Below are positions 20,601 to 30,567 of a DNA stretch of 64,000 nucleotides, one piece after another. Numbering within the stretch: position 1 is the first letter of the stretch; every line of letters starts with the position of its first letter. The notes below the pieces were generated by a model that ran no database searches, was not told the origin of the DNA, and saw only the letters and a program-made list of their open reading frames with translations. The stretch comes from Phycisphaerae bacterium (GTDB lineage: Bacteria; Planctomycetota; Phycisphaerae; Sedimentisphaerales; SM23-30): contig JAEIOG010000008.1 of the NCBI GenBank assembly GCA_016342495.1, forward strand, positions 1-64,000, in the 5' to 3' direction. Made by a program: the position numbers and the translations under genes.

Positions 20601-23600
20601 TTTTTAGATGATAATGGTGATCTTTATGATTTTCCATATCCGGGGCTAGAGCCAATAGATTGGTGGCCAGCGTTTCATGATTCATATTATTATCATCGCA
20701 AGACATTGGATACCAGTGAAATGGGTATGGGTAAACTGGGGATTGGCGATCATACTTTGACCTTTATTCCAGCATTGATAATGGAAAGGACTGAAGATGA
20801 GCCAACCAAAGTAGATGGGCTAGTAGATTTTCTGGCAAGCGTTGGCGCAGTTACAATCACTGAATATCTTGAAGGTCGAGATGCAGATCCGGATGTCGAT
20901 GGTGATGCGGACGTAGCCGCACATGAACAGCGTGCATCTATCGCATTTGATAATATCGCAGTATATCAGCGTGTAGTTAAAACTGATATAGATAATAGTA
21001 ATGGTGCTCCAGATGAGTCGTTCTTTGATGAAGCCACAGACTTTGATAATGTTGATCCGCTAGTTGTTACTGACTGGGAAGATGATGGTGGCGACGGTGT
21101 GGCAGTTTATGATGCAGCTGAAGGCAATGATGATAATGGTTCAGTAAAGATAAGCCTGACAGATGGAGATATAAATGAGAGTCTTGTTCATACAATAAGT
21201 AAAACTATAACCGTTCCAGATGGTCATAATTATGTTGAAGTCGAGATGGCAGTTCGGGTGCTGATGACTGGCTTGGGTACAAGAGATGTAGTTCAGGTGG
21301 CAGTTGCCGAAGATGTTTATTTACAAGGCTTAGTAGGCGCTGCAGTGCAACCAGGGACTTTGGTTGACGGCAATTATGAATATCTGGAATTTAGTGGTAT
21401 AGATGCCGGGACAAATATTGATACTGATTGGCTGGAAGTAAAACTGAACAGGGTGTTTGAACTAGCACCAGGTGATCATAAGATGGACATTCTGGTAAGC
21501 CTGATGGATGTTGATTTTGTAGATGATGATGGGACTGTGGATGTATGGGTGGATGATATTAAGTTCAATTTCTATCCAGGTGTTACAACTTATGAGGCAA
21601 TGCCATATGGTAGCGATGCAAATCTAAATAATCATGTAGGTGGAAGCACTAACCTCACAACCGGCAGACCGGATTATGGTAAGAATCGTCGGGAATGTTA
21701 CCGTATTCATGTAGAACATGATGTGGCACAGCCTGCAGCGATACAATCGCTTAAGATAGCAGAAGTAGTCCAGGGCGGTAAAGGGCCAATGGCAGTAGGT
21801 TTCCGTTATAGATTAGATAGTGACAATGGTATGGCCGATGGTCTAAGTGGTATCAAGGTTAGAATCGGTGACAGAGCATATAATGTTGCTGGCGAAGATG
21901 ATTTTCTGACATTGCCAGATTGGTGGGGAGGCACAGGTCTATTCTGGAGCAATAGCGAAATTACATCTCCGCCATTCCCATTGGCATATGCATATTTTGT
22001 AATAAATCCTGAGGTAGTGGATGCCGGGACATACGATGTTTCTATTGAATTGACATTGGATGGCGGCGGTTTCGCTGACTTGTGGATTGATGATATTTTT
22101 GTCGCAAGTACCAAGAAGGGATCACCAGAGAAGATATTGGCGACATTGTCGGCGGTAACAGAAACCGGTACAGGGCAAACCAGAAGGTTTGCGATAGGTG
22201 GAACCTATAGAGCTGATGATTTCTGGTGTCATGATGATGGTTATAGAACAAGTCTTGACCAGGAAAATCCTCAAGATGATGAATTCCATCAGACAGACGG
22301 AAGACCTGATGAGAACAATGACGGTATTGCTGGTGGTGATACGACATCCGATCCTTATCCGGATGGATATTTGCGATCTCTGAGTCCTTATGTCGGTGAT
22401 GAACATAGATCAGTATGTATTTATGAGCTGATAGATAATGAATGGCAATTGTATGGTGATCGCATAGTCGAGACCATTGATGTTGATTTTCTGGGCATAA
22501 GAGTAGCGGGCAGTTATTTCCCGATGCCAAGGCCAGAGCTTCAAGCGATAGCGGGAATAACAATTGATAAATCTCAATGGTTATGGACAGCAACCCAGCA
22601 TTATACATCGGTATGGTCGCCAGATCCATTAAATGGAAATCCATTCCGTTATGCGGTTCATCCCTATCAGTTGACACCTCCGGCTCTTACAGAATTGAAT
22701 CTGGAAATATTTGGCTGGGAGCCAGTAGGTGAGATTGATCAGCTTGGCTGGGTGCCACATTGGGTAAATAAAGGATTTGAGCCTGCCGGACATAATGTAG
22801 GTGCTAATACCCGTTATCAATTTATTGATATGGCGACAACCCATGAGAATAAATTTGTATTGGGCTGGACCGAATATGATGACTGGACAGGATTTACTGA
22901 TGTTAAATTTAACTATATGCCCGATATTGCTGATAATCTAGACAATACTGATTTTGGACGTTTGTATAGCGGCAATGAAGAATTGCAAGATGCAAGATGG
23001 GATCCAACGCTGTTATCAGATATAGAGATCAAGCCGGGTGGATCGCCAATAGTATCATTCTGGATGTCCGAGATGTTGTTGCATGGAATACGCGAATTTG
23101 TTGAGTATTCAGATATGCCTTTCATGCAAGTCGAAGATGCATCCGGCAATGCGACGAACAATGTTCTTGAGCTGGGTGATAGTGTCAATGAGATTACTTA
23201 TGCAACCTTTGTGATATCAAATAAATATCCGACACAGGTTCCGCCATTGGATGATACTGAACTGGGTCAATTAGTAATATATGGCATAGAGTTTGGCGGA
23301 TTTGGCCAACTGGATGGAAGTCAGTTCGATATAATTGGCTCGCCAACATTCCCGATACGGCTAGATGGCGGAGAACGTCATACATTTACGGTTCGATTTG
23401 ATTCTAATGGAGTGCCAGCGGGTCAGTATGATGGAGCATTGGTTATTCACAGTAATTCTGTTGTGCATCCAACACATCCGTTTGGTCAGTTTTATGAATT
23501 GAATATTAGTGCGATGGTATTGAACCGCGGTATTGTTGATATGTCGGTAAATAGTCAATATGTTGAGTTTGAAGAAAAGCATGTGATAGGCAATATACCG

Positions 23601-26564
23601 GCGGCAGATGATCCTGCCCGTGAAGTCAAGCAGGTATTGGTACGTAATATTGGTACAGAAGATTTGACGATTTTCGAATGGCTCTTTAGCGGGACAGGCT
23701 TTGAAGTTCAGTCAGCTTATGTTGGAGTCAAGACCAATAATTCAGTTATATATGGCGCGGCTCTGGCGTCAACAAAGAATATTGTTGGTACGGCAGACGA
23801 TGTGGTATTGACGCCAGGTGATTATTTGAAATTGAATATTATATTCTCACCAACAGAATCAAGAGATTATAATGACACTCTGTTTATTCACAGCAGTGAC
23901 CCGGGTAATCCATATATGGCATCACGATTAAAAGGTTTGGCCTATACCGGAGCGGATATGGAGATAACCGTTGATGATGGTAATACCTCATACGGAATTG
24001 ATTTGTGGGAACCTGAGATAGACCTTGGCAGTGTGGTCAAAGGTGAAAGCAAGACAGTTACGGTAAATATTAATAATGTTGGTACCTCGTTATTAACATT
24101 AAGCGATGTGCGTAATTTGATACCAATAGATGAAGTGACATTTGATCCGGACAATATGGAAAATATAGAAATTGATCCTGGTCAGTCATTTAGCTTTGAT
24201 ATGACATTTTCTCCGGCACCAAATCATGATCCAGATGACAATTTAGTGATCGAGATGGAAAGTCTGGTTTTGGTGGCTAATGATGTTGAAGATACGGATT
24301 TGAGATTCTTGAAGATAAATGTGTTAGCTTTGGCGGTGCCGAAGATACCTGTTATCAGGATAATTGATCCTGCGACAAATGAAGAAATGACTTCTCTGGA
24401 CTTTGGAATAGTCAATGCTGAGCAATCAGTTGATAAGTCATTTTTGATTAAGAATATAGGCGGAAAGACCGCAACGATAACCGGTTGGAGATTCAGCCGT
24501 GGCACAGGAGCTTATACATTTTCACCAATTAACCCGGTAGGAGTAAATCCTGATGCTGGTATTGATGAAGATCCGGTATTGCTGCCAAATGAATCGGTAC
24601 TGGTTTCAATAACATTCTTGTGGGCAAATGCAGGAATTATTCGTGAAAATGTGATTGTAGACTATAAGCCAGGCGATAAATTTGAAGATGGTGATATGTC
24701 TAATACTCCGACAGTATTGATTTTGCGAGCTGAGGTAACTGACAGAGAATTGGCAGTTACTGATACTCAAGGGGAATCCAGCGATAATCTGATAAACTTT
24801 GGCAAGGTAGGCCAGGGCCAGAGTGCAGGCCAGAATTATTATATTACCCTGTCGAATCTGGCATTGTCACCGGTGACGGTAACAGGCTGGAGCTATACAG
24901 GCGACGCGGGTATAAATGTGATGCCTTTTAGCAATGAAGTAGTGCTGGCATATGGTGAGACTTATATGATTGAAGTCGGATTTGCACCTGAGACATTAGG
25001 TCTAATTAATGGAGCAGTCAGAATTGTATCTAATAGTCCGACCGCTACCGAACAGTCGCCATGGCTGATAACCATACGTGGCGAAGGGGTATTTCCTGGT
25101 CAGGTGAGTTTTGCACCGGCAGCTTTAGATTTTGGGCAGGTTCCACTAGGTGACAGCAGCACAGAAACGCTGGTGTTGACTAATACCGGTAATGCCAATA
25201 TATATGTTAAAGATATTGTGAGTGAATCTACTTATTTCAAGGTTAGCACTCTGGCAATTACTGATGCTAATGGATACTATGTAGTACCTGCAGGGAATTC
25301 TATCAGTTTTGATGTGAAGTTTGTGGCATCGAATCCATTTGATGCAACAGTGAATTTAAGCGTTGTAACTGACAATATTTCTGATGGAGCTGTGAACAAT
25401 CTTATTCCGATGACAGCGCAGACAAAAACAGTGATAATTGGCGACAATTTAACAGTCAATGACGGCAGTGGCCACACATTGAAGATTGTGGTTAAAGGTG
25501 GCGGTTTCGCAACAGTTGAAACAGTCAGCGCGACAAATAATGATATTGCTTCGATAGCTCTTGTCGGTACTACAATGAAGTCATCAGTTTATATCAGTGG
25601 CCCAGGTGTAGAATCCCACGTCGGCCAGATCATAGGTGGAACAATTAAGAATCTTGTTCTTAAGAAGATAACCCTTGATGGTGACATTGACAATGACGGC
25701 GTTCAAGACAGTGCTAATACAATTGAATTTGGTCATATTGATGGGACGATAACACTTGGTGATGTAGTAGACGGAGCAGACATTAATATTCTTAGTGTCA
25801 ATGCCAAGGGTACTACCATAAAGGCTGGTTCGATTGGATATGGAACAGATATGACCATCAATGGTAATATCAAGACCTTATCTTGTGACGAATTTGGTGA
25901 TGGCATGATTGAAGCATCATCGTTGAAGTCATTTAAGGTAGGCAAAGGTGATTGCCTTGCCAGTTTGAATGTTGCAGGTGATGTAGGTACAGTGTCAATA
26001 GGTGGTGGCCGTGTAGACGGTGATTATATTATTGGCGGTGAGATCAAGACATTCAATGCCAAGAAAGCTGTGTTTACGGGTATTATTAAGGCTGAAGAGA
26101 TTGGATCAGTGAGCTGTTATAATCTTGGAAGTGATGATGCTTCGGCGATGATTGCTACTGGAGGTTCTATCAAGAAGGTATCGGTAGGTAAAAATGTACA
26201 GGATAGTCATATCCTGGCAGGTTTTGACCTTGGAGCTAATAATGTGCTGGGCGGCGGCGATGATTCGCTTCGGTCAGGTGGCATTGTTAAATCAGTGAGC
26301 GTCAAAGGTAGCTTCCAGAACAGCTATGTGATGGCTGGCTTGATGACTAATGCAGCGGGCAACTTTGATGTCTTTGGCAATAATCCTCCAATGGACAGTC
26401 GCACCGGTGAAGTTGGTAAAGTTAAGCTTGGCTATGTCATTATTGACAATGCTGGTGTAGGCTTTGGTATTGGTTCACATTCTAAACTTGGCAGTGCCAA
26501 GGCAGGCCGAGATAAGTTGAGTGCTGGTGATAAACTAGGCGACTTCAGTGTTGGGCTATACTAA
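17637..26564 (+). CDS. Giant secreted protein (2975 aa), Asp/Gly/Val-rich with many predicted beta-rich repeat domains (adhesin-like)
   Basis: Signal peptide 'MLSKNSFISKRHFAMVLLAFLVLFGTLNAE' and an uninterrupted 8.9-kb ORF. The Ig-like repeated motifs read 'T..TL.I.N.G...L.I' and the C-terminus is beta-helix-like 'G.I..V.V.G'. No recognisable sorting signal. Confidence 0.7.
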   Translation: MLSKNSFISKRHFAMVLLAFLVLFGTLNAEITETQGDWVELGWRSASSGGVSWNLSNNAAESTMVLGHDGDPIVFWVEGPGQNAGDKGVNKTPINQYATCITEFVQPLYYEHSYGFEVYGIVNARQHCGDLGWWDLRTGLGDGNGLNILGTQLDAAVKPNGDIVLCMKANGSVAQVYLWNGSNLEDLGIASEGVIDRPKVAVGPTGEIFVCYTAIPWDAQGNLDFEHTEVVVRKYTYNYTVDSVGGPSDADLAWVELRNADIEDFTVEWSGGVSNSAGVSFDPAIAIDVDGLPVVVWTEVVRQGNVEVFGKKWDGRNWNEIGLGSTSDPDGDSNFGISSDPTQSLQPDIAITETGNYIVTWVNFGDWANNYWSNPQAAVYVKTLFVNSQVWEEYSAGSATGSGIVPEGDTLGDLADGELGLGWYYVPEITLDKDGYPLITFVGFCMPERFAHDLDNDMVPDFPDLSFYCIKYDGAGFNMIYDNRRGSASATVGSSWSPSAIINDNDELIIAYAEGTRLFSNEIFVQKWDAVEETWIEHGRGSMSFGNDFVGGYPFGEYPVVIGDHFRYNPMFDPEFFMESKSQIAMVDYSNDPTGKMDVLLAIPGTLYEYMVADDPIPNAGKMYVYRRDTGKWSDELQIDFGRTFDLVNSPENSFEIEGSALLAYLDDEDGLPYVYEFRNGAWNLLGGGAASADAGNTEIAGTGIATGISAQVGPNGQILLAYLASADADTDVVKTRLWDPGSSSWIDAGDGELPNAGALNVAYYDHFDMHNFGLLDEDADFARADDVGSITAGAINAQTGAEVHPFYRWGNWVQWRRGSLIEELIGDLAGAAIVGPDGANPPWGPGRYNESLITIEKVEGGDDTQGPGMIGNGWGADQALKVSFEIPGTAAGPGHNIAVSDGAVLAARITRGFKMAAEDHVMVEMCYAFDTDDFFTANGEPEEDGTVVVNKRPLITGNLYIYGLIDEVDGDVTTAKWLDGDPSTPIDFLDDNGDLYDFPYPGLEPIDWWPAFHDSYYYHRKTLDTSEMGMGKLGIGDHTLTFIPALIMERTEDEPTKVDGLVDFLASVGAVTITEYLEGRDADPDVDGDADVAAHEQRASIAFDNIAVYQRVVKTDIDNSNGAPDESFFDEATDFDNVDPLVVTDWEDDGGDGVAVYDAAEGNDDNGSVKISLTDGDINESLVHTISKTITVPDGHNYVEVEMAVRVLMTGLGTRDVVQVAVAEDVYLQGLVGAAVQPGTLVDGNYEYLEFSGIDAGTNIDTDWLEVKLNRVFELAPGDHKMDILVSLMDVDFVDDDGTVDVWVDDIKFNFYPGVTTYEAMPYGSDANLNNHVGGSTNLTTGRPDYGKNRRECYRIHVEHDVAQPAAIQSLKIAEVVQGGKGPMAVGFRYRLDSDNGMADGLSGIKVRIGDRAYNVAGEDDFLTLPDWWGGTGLFWSNSEITSPPFPLAYAYFVINPEVVDAGTYDVSIELTLDGGGFADLWIDDIFVASTKKGSPEKILATLSAVTETGTGQTRRFAIGGTYRADDFWCHDDGYRTSLDQENPQDDEFHQTDGRPDENNDGIAGGDTTSDPYPDGYLRSLSPYVGDEHRSVCIYELIDNEWQLYGDRIVETIDVDFLGIRVAGSYFPMPRPELQAIAGITIDKSQWLWTATQHYTSVWSPDPLNGNPFRYAVHPYQLTPPALTELNLEIFGWEPVGEIDQLGWVPHWVNKGFEPAGHNVGANTRYQFIDMATTHENKFVLGWTEYDDWTGFTDVKFNYMPDIADNLDNTDFGRLYSGNEELQDARWDPTLLSDIEIKPGGSPIVSFWMSEMLLHGIREFVEYSDMPFMQVEDASGNATNNVLELGDSVNEITYATFVISNKYPTQVPPLDDTELGQLVIYGIEFGGFGQLDGSQFDIIGSPTFPIRLDGGERHTFTVRFDSNGVPAGQYDGALVIHSNSVVHPTHPFGQFYELNISAMVLNRGIVDMSVNSQYVEFEEKHVIGNIPAADDPAREVKQVLVRNIGTEDLTIFEWLFSGTGFEVQSAYVGVKTNNSVIYGAALASTKNIVGTADDVVLTPGDYLKLNIIFSPTESRDYNDTLFIHSSDPGNPYMASRLKGLAYTGADMEITVDDGNTSYGIDLWEPEIDLGSVVKGESKTVTVNINNVGTSLLTLSDVRNLIPIDEVTFDPDNMENIEIDPGQSFSFDMTFSPAPNHDPDDNLVIEMESLVLVANDVEDTDLRFLKINVLALAVPKIPVIRIIDPATNEEMTSLDFGIVNAEQSVDKSFLIKNIGGKTATITGWRFSRGTGAYTFSPINPVGVNPDAGIDEDPVLLPNESVLVSITFLWANAGIIRENVIVDYKPGDKFEDGDMSNTPTVLILRAEVTDRELAVTDTQGESSDNLINFGKVGQGQSAGQNYYITLSNLALSPVTVTGWSYTGDAGINVMPFSNEVVLAYGETYMIEVGFAPETLGLINGAVRIVSNSPTATEQSPWLITIRGEGVFPGQVSFAPAALDFGQVPLGDSSTETLVLTNTGNANIYVKDIVSESTYFKVSTLAITDANGYYVVPAGNSISFDVKFVASNPFDATVNLSVVTDNISDGAVNNLIPMTAQTKTVIIGDNLTVNDGSGHTLKIVVKGGGFATVETVSATNNDIASIALVGTTMKSSVYISGPGVESHVGQIIGGTIKNLVLKKITLDGDIDNDGVQDSANTIEFGHIDGTITLGDVVDGADINILSVNAKGTTIKAGSIGYGTDMTINGNIKTLSCDEFGDGMIEASSLKSFKVGKGDCLASLNVAGDVGTVSIGGGRVDGDYIIGGEIKTFNAKKAVFTGIIKAEEIGSVSCYNLGSDDASAMIATGGSIKKVSVGKNVQDSHILAGFDLGANNVLGGGDDSLRSGGIVKSVSVKGSFQNSYVMAGLMTNAAGNFDVFGNNPPMDSRTGEVGKVKLGYVIIDNAGVGFGIGSHSKLGSAKAGRDKLSAGDKLGDFSVGLY

Positions 26565-26586
26565 AAGTAATTACTTAGATTATCAA

Positions 26587-26613
26587 GGGACGTCATTGTG
26601 GCGTCCCTTTTTT
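26587..26613 (+). terminator. Rho-independent terminator after the giant gene
   Basis: GGGACG...CGTCCC stem followed by TTTTTT. Confidence 0.6.
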
Positions 26614-26741
26614 AATAGGTGAAATATGCTTTCATTCCCTGGTGGTTTGGCTATAATAGGACTTTTACAGAAGTTTAAAACCAACAGTTAAACAGCATGG
26701 GCAGAACCCATCGGTCTGAATTTAATAAATAGGGTGTAAAT

Positions 26742-28880
26742 ATGAGAAATAATTTGGATGTATTTTTAGTGGCTATGATGATGATTGTTTTGGTATCGCC
26801 AACATGGGCGGTTAAAACTGTTTATGTCGAACAAAGCAGTGAAAAAGATTTTAAGGCAGGAGAATTTGTCGACCTGAGCATTAATAGCCAGGGCAAGATT
26901 GAGCTTTGCCATGATATTTTGACTCTGGATCCTAAAGCCGGGGATGAATGGGTTATAAATGATATGCTTTGTGGTGATGATGGTGATATTTATATAGCTA
27001 CCAGTGGTGAGGGTTTAATTTACAAACTAAAGGCCGATGGGAGCAGCTCTGTTATCTATGGCGATAAGGATGGGCAGGCAAAGCACATTTTTACATTAGC
27101 GAAATTGGGCGATGGCAGTATTTTAGCCGGTTGTTCTGGAGATGAAGCGTCACTATTGAAAATTAGAAATGATAAGGCCGAGACTATCTGGTCAGATCAG
27201 GAAATAAAATATGTCTGGGATATTGTTGTTGGGCCATCAGGTCAGATATATTTAGCAACAGGCCCTCAGGGCAAGGTTTTGACGATTGGTTCAGGCAGCA
27301 GTGAGGCGGAATTGCTTTATGAAGCGGCTGAAGATAATATTTTGGCATTGGCATTGGATAAAGATGGGGTGCTATATGCCGGTGGCGATCAGTTTGGTAT
27401 GGTATATCGGATCGAACCGGGCAGTAAGAAAACGACGGTATTATACGATACTGGCCATAAAGAGATAAGTAATTTACTTTTTGATGGAAATAATAATCTT
27501 TATATTGGTACAGCGGATGCGACAGCGGCCAAACCGGGTAATTTATTGATATTGTCAGATGATGATACCAGTATGCCAGCGGCTGAAGGTGAAAAAGATG
27601 ATTCGGTAAAAGAAACGGCAACGGCAGATAAAACCAGTCCGGCAGCTACCAAGTCTGATACAACAACACAGAAAACACCATCAAAGCCAAGTAAACCCTC
27701 GGCGGCCAACAGTGTTTATAAGATTACCCCATCGGGATATGTGACAGAGGTATTTAATAAGCCAGTTGCGATTATATCCATGGTTTTTTCCGGCAAAGAT
27801 GAGTTGCTCTTGGGGACAGGCAATGATGGTAAGTTATTGAAATTAAATGTTGTGACTTTAGAAGCTGTGGAAGTTTATGCGGCGGAACCGAGTGCCCAGA
27901 TTTCGGCTTTGGTGGTCAATGATAAGGATATATTGGCTGGCTGTGCAAATCCGGCGAAGTTAGTGAAAATCAAAGAAGATTATCGAACAAAAGGGACATA
28001 TATTTCTGATGTTATTGATGCGGGCCAACCGAGCAAATGGGGGACAATTCAAATTAGTTCTCAGTTGCCAACAGGGTGCAAGCTTATGCTCGCGACCCGA
28101 AGCGGCAATAGCAAAGATCCTAAGAAGCAGGGTTGGCAGGATTGGAGCGAACCTGAAGGGGTTAAAGATGAATTTACGATAGGGTCTGAAGTAGGGCGTT
28201 TTCTGCAATATAAATTTATATTCGAATCAGATGGCAAGGCAAGCCCGGTAGTTGAAACTATCAGGATTTCACATATGATACCGAATTTGCCACCGCTGAT
28301 TTCCGATTTAGAGGTGGTAGCCGACAAAGGTAATGCCAAAAATAAAACTGTAAGCTGGAAGGCTTCTGATGCCAATGGTGATAGTTTGGTATATGAGCTT
28401 TTTATGAAACAGAAAAACTGGGATGACTGGATCAGTATCGTTAAAGACTTGGCAACTCCGAAATATGCCTGGGTTACCACGGGGTTGCCGGATGGTCAAT
28501 ACCAGATAAAAGTTGTGGCTAATGATAAGAACAGTAATACGCCGGGCGATGAACTTGATGCAGGTCGGGTGAGCTCTGCGGTTGTTATTGATAATACTGC
28601 CCCTGTGATAAGTTCGTTGAGCGGTAGAAGTGTTGGCGGGATGATAGAAGTTGCTTTTGTCTTTGAAGATTCTATCAGTGTCGCCGGTGAAGTTCATTAT
28701 GCTATGGACAGCACGACCGAATGGGTAACTGTTTTGCCGGTTGATGGGATATTGGACAGTAGAGTAGAGAATATTAAGTTTGAGATTAAACCGGAAGAAG
28801 CGGGTAGCCATATTGTTTTGATTCGGGCATCTGATGCTTTGGGAAATATGGTGTATAGGGCTTTAAAAGTTAACAACTAA
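26742..28880 (+). CDS. Secreted protein with beta-propeller-like repeats (two-component-regulator-propeller-like), a T/S/P/K-rich linker and a C-terminal Ig/Y_Y_Y-like domain. It has no kinase domain.
   Basis: Signal peptide 'MRNNLDVFLVAMMMIVLVSPTWA'. It has repeats 'GQIYLATGPQG', 'GVLYAGGDQFGMVYRIE' and 'NNLYIGTADA', a low-complexity segment 'TATADKTSPAATKSDTTTQKTPSKPSKPS', and 'DGQYQIKVVANDKNSNT'. Confidence 0.55.
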   Translation: MRNNLDVFLVAMMMIVLVSPTWAVKTVYVEQSSEKDFKAGEFVDLSINSQGKIELCHDILTLDPKAGDEWVINDMLCGDDGDIYIATSGEGLIYKLKADGSSSVIYGDKDGQAKHIFTLAKLGDGSILAGCSGDEASLLKIRNDKAETIWSDQEIKYVWDIVVGPSGQIYLATGPQGKVLTIGSGSSEAELLYEAAEDNILALALDKDGVLYAGGDQFGMVYRIEPGSKKTTVLYDTGHKEISNLLFDGNNNLYIGTADATAAKPGNLLILSDDDTSMPAAEGEKDDSVKETATADKTSPAATKSDTTTQKTPSKPSKPSAANSVYKITPSGYVTEVFNKPVAIISMVFSGKDELLLGTGNDGKLLKLNVVTLEAVEVYAAEPSAQISALVVNDKDILAGCANPAKLVKIKEDYRTKGTYISDVIDAGQPSKWGTIQISSQLPTGCKLMLATRSGNSKDPKKQGWQDWSEPEGVKDEFTIGSEVGRFLQYKFIFESDGKASPVVETIRISHMIPNLPPLISDLEVVADKGNAKNKTVSWKASDANGDSLVYELFMKQKNWDDWISIVKDLATPKYAWVTTGLPDGQYQIKVVANDKNSNTPGDELDAGRVSSAVVIDNTAPVISSLSGRSVGGMIEVAFVFEDSISVAGEVHYAMDSTTEWVTVLPVDGILDSRVENIKFEIKPEEAGSHIVLIRASDALGNMVYRALKVNN

Positions 28881-29205
28881 CAGTTAAAAGTGAAAAGTTA
28901 GTAGTTGTAATATCGCTAATGCGATGTGGTTTTTCAGCATGGGCAGGGCTATCGGGCCGGCTGGATTCGGCGCCGTCGAGGCGGTGTCATAATTGGAATT
29001 TTAAAATTTTAATCATCATGGACGTTTTTTTTCTTGATTTTCTGAATAAAAATCAAGGTTAGCGGGTCGCTACCGCTCGCCGCTGTTTTGTTGGCGGTGT
29101 TATGACACAATGATTTAGATGTATAAGCCCTGCGTACAGTGGGGACAAGCTGGAAGCTTATCCTACTTAGGGTGAAAATATTACACTTAATCGAACAAAT
29201 AAGTT

Positions 29206-30480
29206 ATGAAATTAAATTTAAGTAGACATATAAGTGAAAAGCAGAAATATAGCTGTATCTGTTGCGGGCGGGGTTGCCGGGCTTTTCTGGTGCCGGTTGG
29301 CAAAGGTGAACGTGAGGCTATTGAGAATCTGGCATATTGGCCGGAGGAGCTTGGCACAAAGGATATTTTTGGTAAGTCATCATTGTTTGGCAAAAATATC
29401 GATGTGCTTTCTAAACGGGCCAATACTGATTGTGTTTTTCTTGACCGGCAAGATCAGCTTTGTATTATTCATAAACGATTTGGATTTGAGGCCAAGCCTT
29501 TGGCGTGCCAGTTATTTCCGGTTTTGCTGACGCCTTTTGCTGGAGAGTTGCGGGTTGGTTTGCGCTTTGATTGTCCGGGGGTTTGTAATAGCGATGGCGA
29601 AAGTATTCAGAGTTTATTGAAGGATGCCCGACGTTTGGCGACAAAGTTGATACCAGCTGGGGCATTGAAAAATGAGCCACCGGAAATATGGCCGGGTGTT
29701 AAGGTGCTGGCATCGCGTTTTGATTTGTTAAATGAGACTATGTTGGGGGTGTTGAGACGCGATGATATTGATTTGATTGTAAAGCTTCATTGGCTGAGAA
29801 GGTTTGCTGATAATTTGACAGTGGTGCGATGGGATATACTGGATGAAGAGGAGGCCTGTAAGGTGACGGCGTCGTTCAGTGAAGAAATATTGACAGAGGA
29901 ATGCGAGGCTGGTCATAGCTATCAAAATTTAGATGGCAGGGTGCGTAAGATGCTGGGTCAGATTTTCTTTTTTCTTAGTTATCCATCTGATGTGATGGCA
30001 CCATCGCGGACGATTTTTCAGAATCTGATAAATCAGATTAAGACTTCGATTAAGGCACATAAGTTGAATAGGCCCAAAGGGAAGTTATATCCGATACAAA
30101 AGGATTGGCCGAATTGTGACAAGGCGATTTTGGAATATAGTTTTGGCAGCTGGCCAGAGGATGTTAAGATGTTTATTGTTCGGTATTTGACTTGTCGAAT
30201 TAGCGGGTTGAATTATTGCGGGCAGGGTTGTTATGGATATTCGATGGCTGAGGGGATTAATCAGCTGTTACTGGCGATTGGGACGACTGGGTGGCTGATG
30301 CGAATTCATGCAGTTAAAGCGGGACGGAATGAAATTGTGCTGGCTGATGCTCATGCTGCGATAATTACGATAGATGGAAATCTTGGATATGCAAAGCCAT
30401 TAGGAATGGGGCCAGCGAAATTAAGGTTGAATTATTTATCGGGGTATCTGGAAGAGATTATTAATTGTTATTGCCTTTAG
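29206..30480 (+). CDS. YkgJ/UPF0153-family Fe-S (CxxCxxCC) domain protein, of a size and motif resembling flagellin lysine-N-methylase FliB-like proteins
   Basis: 'CICCGRGC' and then 'CVFLD...LCIIHKRFGFEAKPLACQLFP' is a PF03692-type motif. 424 aa. Confidence 0.55.
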   Translation: MKLNLSRHISEKQKYSCICCGRGCRAFLVPVGKGEREAIENLAYWPEELGTKDIFGKSSLFGKNIDVLSKRANTDCVFLDRQDQLCIIHKRFGFEAKPLACQLFPVLLTPFAGELRVGLRFDCPGVCNSDGESIQSLLKDARRLATKLIPAGALKNEPPEIWPGVKVLASRFDLLNETMLGVLRRDDIDLIVKLHWLRRFADNLTVVRWDILDEEEACKVTASFSEEILTEECEAGHSYQNLDGRVRKMLGQIFFFLSYPSDVMAPSRTIFQNLINQIKTSIKAHKLNRPKGKLYPIQKDWPNCDKAILEYSFGSWPEDVKMFIVRYLTCRISGLNYCGQGCYGYSMAEGINQLLLAIGTTGWLMRIHAVKAGRNEIVLADAHAAIITIDGNLGYAKPLGMGPAKLRLNYLSGYLEEIINCYCL

Positions 30481-30567
30481 AAGTTTAAAAACAAGATGAT
30501 CAGTATTGGAATATGAAAAAACAGCTCTCTGATTTATGTCAGAGAGCTGTTTATGTTTACGGGTTTA

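Noticed and set aside
18112-25945. Numerous 60-210-aa antisense ORFs inside the giant gene, e.g. 22042-22677
   Set aside because: They are His/Tyr/Gln/Pro-rich low-complexity shadows of a GAT/GGT/GTT-rich coding strand, with no independent start signals. The sense ORF is uninterrupted for 8.9 kb.
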